Shown here piece after piece: positions 61,833-64,000 of a DNA stretch of 64,000 bases (positions are counted from its first letter, which is position 1; each line of letters begins with the position of its first letter). The translations under genes were made by a program, and so were the position numbers. Under the pieces are notes generated by a model. The model saw only the letters and a program-made list of their open reading frames with translations. It searched no databases and had not been told where the DNA came from. Source of the stretch: an uncultured Nitrospiraceae bacterium (lineage in GTDB: Bacteria > Nitrospirota > Thermodesulfovibrionia > Thermodesulfovibrionales > UBA6898); assembly GCA_963811165.1 (NCBI GenBank), contig CAWEQH010000004.1:576001-640000 (forward strand), read 5' to 3'.

Positions 61833-62837
61833 ATGGGAATGATGTACAAAAAAGATGCCGGCATCTCTGTAGGCGCCTCCTTTGGCGACGACGCCGGAAA
61901 TATCAGTCTCCTTTTCGTCGACGACGAAAAAAACGTGTTGAACGCTCTTGAAAGGGCGTTCATGGACAGCGGCATGAGGGTCAACACTGCAGCCGACGCA
62001 TTCGAGGCGATCGAAATTCTGAGGAATTGCGATATCGCGGTCATCGTTTCAGACAACCTGATGCCCGGCATGACCGGTGTCGAATTCTTCCGCAGGGCAA
62101 AAGACATTTCACCCGATAGTGTCAGGATCATGATGACCGCCTACGCGGATGTGGGATCCGCGATCGACGCGATTAACAAGGGCGAGGTCTACCGCTTCAT
62201 CACCAAGCCCTGGGACGAAGAAGAGCTCAGGGAGATAATCGGCGGCGCGGCACAGAAATACCGGGTGGTACAGTCCCTGAAGGAGGCCGACGAGGCGAGG
62301 CTGCTTTCCCTGGCCCAGACGATCGAACTCAAGGACCCCTACACGAGGGGCCACTGTGACAGGGTCGCGCGGTATGCGATGCTCATTGCCGATTCCATGG
62401 GACTCGATGCGGAGATGAAGAGAGACATAAAGTACGGCAGCTGGCTGCACGACTGCGGCAAGATCGGGGTGCCGGAGGCGGTTTTGAATCACCCCGGTCC
62501 GCTTTCCGAAAAGGACATGGAGATCATCCGGAGCCATCCGGTGTGGGGGGCCGACGTAGCGAGACAGGCGAGATTGTCGGAGAGGATCATAAACATCGTC
62601 CTTCATCACCACGAGAGGTTCGACGGCCTCGGCTATCCTTCAGGCCTGAAGGCAGGCGAAATACCGTTTGAGGCAAGAATCGTGGCGGTCTGCGACGCCT
62701 ACGACGCGATCACTTCGGACCGCCCGTATGCAAAAGGAAAGAGTAACAAGGCGGCGATCGACATAATGGAATCGCTGAAGGAAAAAGTGTTCGACCCGCA
62801 TGTAACGGATATTTTTTGCGGAACTCTCAGGGAATAA
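61833..62837 (+). CDS. REC-HD-GYP cyclic-dinucleotide phosphodiesterase
   Basis: LFVDDE, SDNLMPG, D.YT.GH..RV, LHDCGK, HHHERFDG.GYP, VCDAYDA....RPY. Confidence 0.92.
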   Translation: MGMMYKKDAGISVGASFGDDAGNISLLFVDDEKNVLNALERAFMDSGMRVNTAADAFEAIEILRNCDIAVIVSDNLMPGMTGVEFFRRAKDISPDSVRIMMTAYADVGSAIDAINKGEVYRFITKPWDEEELREIIGGAAQKYRVVQSLKEADEARLLSLAQTIELKDPYTRGHCDRVARYAMLIADSMGLDAEMKRDIKYGSWLHDCGKIGVPEAVLNHPGPLSEKDMEIIRSHPVWGADVARQARLSERIINIVLHHHERFDGLGYPSGLKAGEIPFEARIVAVCDAYDAITSDRPYAKGKSNKAAIDIMESLKEKVFDPHVTDIFCGTLRE

Positions 62838-62857
62838 AGCAGGGCCAAAAGAAAGAT

Positions 62858-64000
62858 ATGGCTGAAAAAGAAGAATCATACCCCGGCATCGAGTATATCG
62901 TAGGCGCTGATAAGAGGCTCAGTGAGGTGCTCTCCGGAGACGAGGTGACCACGATCCTTAAGGGTGCGGTCGGCGCAGGCGCCTCTTCGGCGGCGATAAA
63001 AGACTCAGGCGGAGAAGTCCTATGGACATGGGGAATCGCTACGTATGACGATATCCTCTCCGAAGAGCTGCCGATTTCCCTTGAAGGCGAAAGCGTGGGG
63101 ACGGTGTCGCTTCAATGGCGGGAGGGTGACGGACCGCGCGTGAAAGGGCTTCTCGTCCTTCTTCGTGAGATACTCAACGCGATCGCGTATGCAAATCTCA
63201 GGAGGATGCTTACCACAGAGACTCATACCACGGTCGTCAACAGCTCTTACGAAGAGCTCCTTGAGACGAATAGGAGGCTTGCGCTCTCCGAGGCGAAATA
63301 CCGTGAACTCGCTGAAAACCTCGAAAAAAAGGTCATCAAGCGCACGGAGGATCTTAAACGCACTTATGGGAGGCTTCTCCAGAGGGAGAAGATGGCCTCT
63401 GTAGGCCAGCTCGCCGCCGGAGTGGCCCATGAGATAAACAACCCCCTCGGCTTTATCGTGAGCAACCTCCATACCCTCGGGAAATACGTCGGCCGCTACC
63501 GGGAGATGCTCGAGTGCTACCGCGCAGCGTTTGAGGACGCCGGAGTGACCGTGCGGGCAAAAGAGCTGCCGCATAGAAAGTGGCGTGAGCTGAGGCTCGA
63601 CTTTATCACCGGGGACAGCGAAGAATTGATCGGGCAGTGCCTCTTTGGAGCCGAGAGGGTAAGGAAGATTGTATCGGACCTGAAGGGGTTCTCCCATATC
63701 GAAGACGGAGATGAGATGCCCGTAGAACTGCATGTCGAGCTGGACAGGACACTCAATGTGCTTGCCCACGAGATACCTCAGGATGCACAGATCATCCGGG
63801 ACTACCGCCCGGTCCCGGTGTTTGTCTGCAACCCTGCGCTTCTGTGCCAGGTATTTCTAAACCTCGTCCTCAATGCGCTTGAGGCGCGGCCTGCCGGCCT
63901 CAGGCTTACGATCCGCACCGACCAAGTGGAAGACAGCGTTCTTGTCAGCTTTTCGGACAACGGCCCTGGTATCCCCGGGGAGATCATCGACAGGATCTTT
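62858..64000 (+). CDS. Sensor histidine kinase, truncated by the window end
   Basis: Frame from ATG 62858 reaches EKMASVGQLAAGVAHEINNP, QVFLNLVLNA and DNGPGI with no stop seen. Confidence 0.88.
   Translation, partial: MAEKEESYPGIEYIVGADKRLSEVLSGDEVTTILKGAVGAGASSAAIKDSGGEVLWTWGIATYDDILSEELPISLEGESVGTVSLQWREGDGPRVKGLLVLLREILNAIAYANLRRMLTTETHTTVVNSSYEELLETNRRLALSEAKYRELAENLEKKVIKRTEDLKRTYGRLLQREKMASVGQLAAGVAHEINNPLGFIVSNLHTLGKYVGRYREMLECYRAAFEDAGVTVRAKELPHRKWRELRLDFITGDSEELIGQCLFGAERVRKIVSDLKGFSHIEDGDEMPVELHVELDRTLNVLAHEIPQDAQIIRDYRPVPVFVCNPALLCQVFLNLVLNALEARPAGLRLTIRTDQVEDSVLVSFSDNGPGIPGEIIDRIF

Noticed and set aside
1..64000. CRISPR array, rRNA, prophage or selenoprotein readthrough
   Set aside because: No regularly spaced repeats, rRNA-like tracts or phage genes seen; gene breaks are frame changes, not in-frame TGA

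Overview
A mostly core-chromosomal bacterial region. The gene order yicC-remA-gmk-rpoZ-coaBC-TPR-roadblock-aroQ-pepP-efp-accB-accC-thiE, a four-subunit POR and mglBA suggest a Nitrospirota/Thermodesulfovibrionia- or Desulfobacterota-like anaerobe (inference). It carries about 55 CDS, tRNA-Ser(GCT), tRNA-Arg(ACG), two apparently intact IS elements (IS30 with a 3-bp TSD, IS1634 with a 6-bp TSD), a RAYT/Y1 transposase remnant and several REP-like palindromes. The best candidate for an undescribed system is a radical SAM/SPASM enzyme (23205-24356, -) followed by an unannotated 20-aa Cys-rich peptide gene (MTIRKVQKKSALTCKCKSSC, 23109-23171) with its own RBS and a shared terminator, which looks like a minimal RiPP locus. 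Other notable items are a ~450-bp element of two inverted, covarying structured modules next to the RAYT remnant, a PriA lacking helicase motifs, a probable CUG start for threonine dehydratase, a sigma54 promoter with three palindromic boxes upstream of amtB, an orphan MglA-type GTPase inside a two-component/HD-GYP cluster, and a SprT-like protease with a clamp-binding-like motif. Several genes (UPF0182, sorA, porA, porB, mglB) are broken by single-base indels that most likely reflect assembly errors. All calls come from manual motif recognition; no database searches were run.
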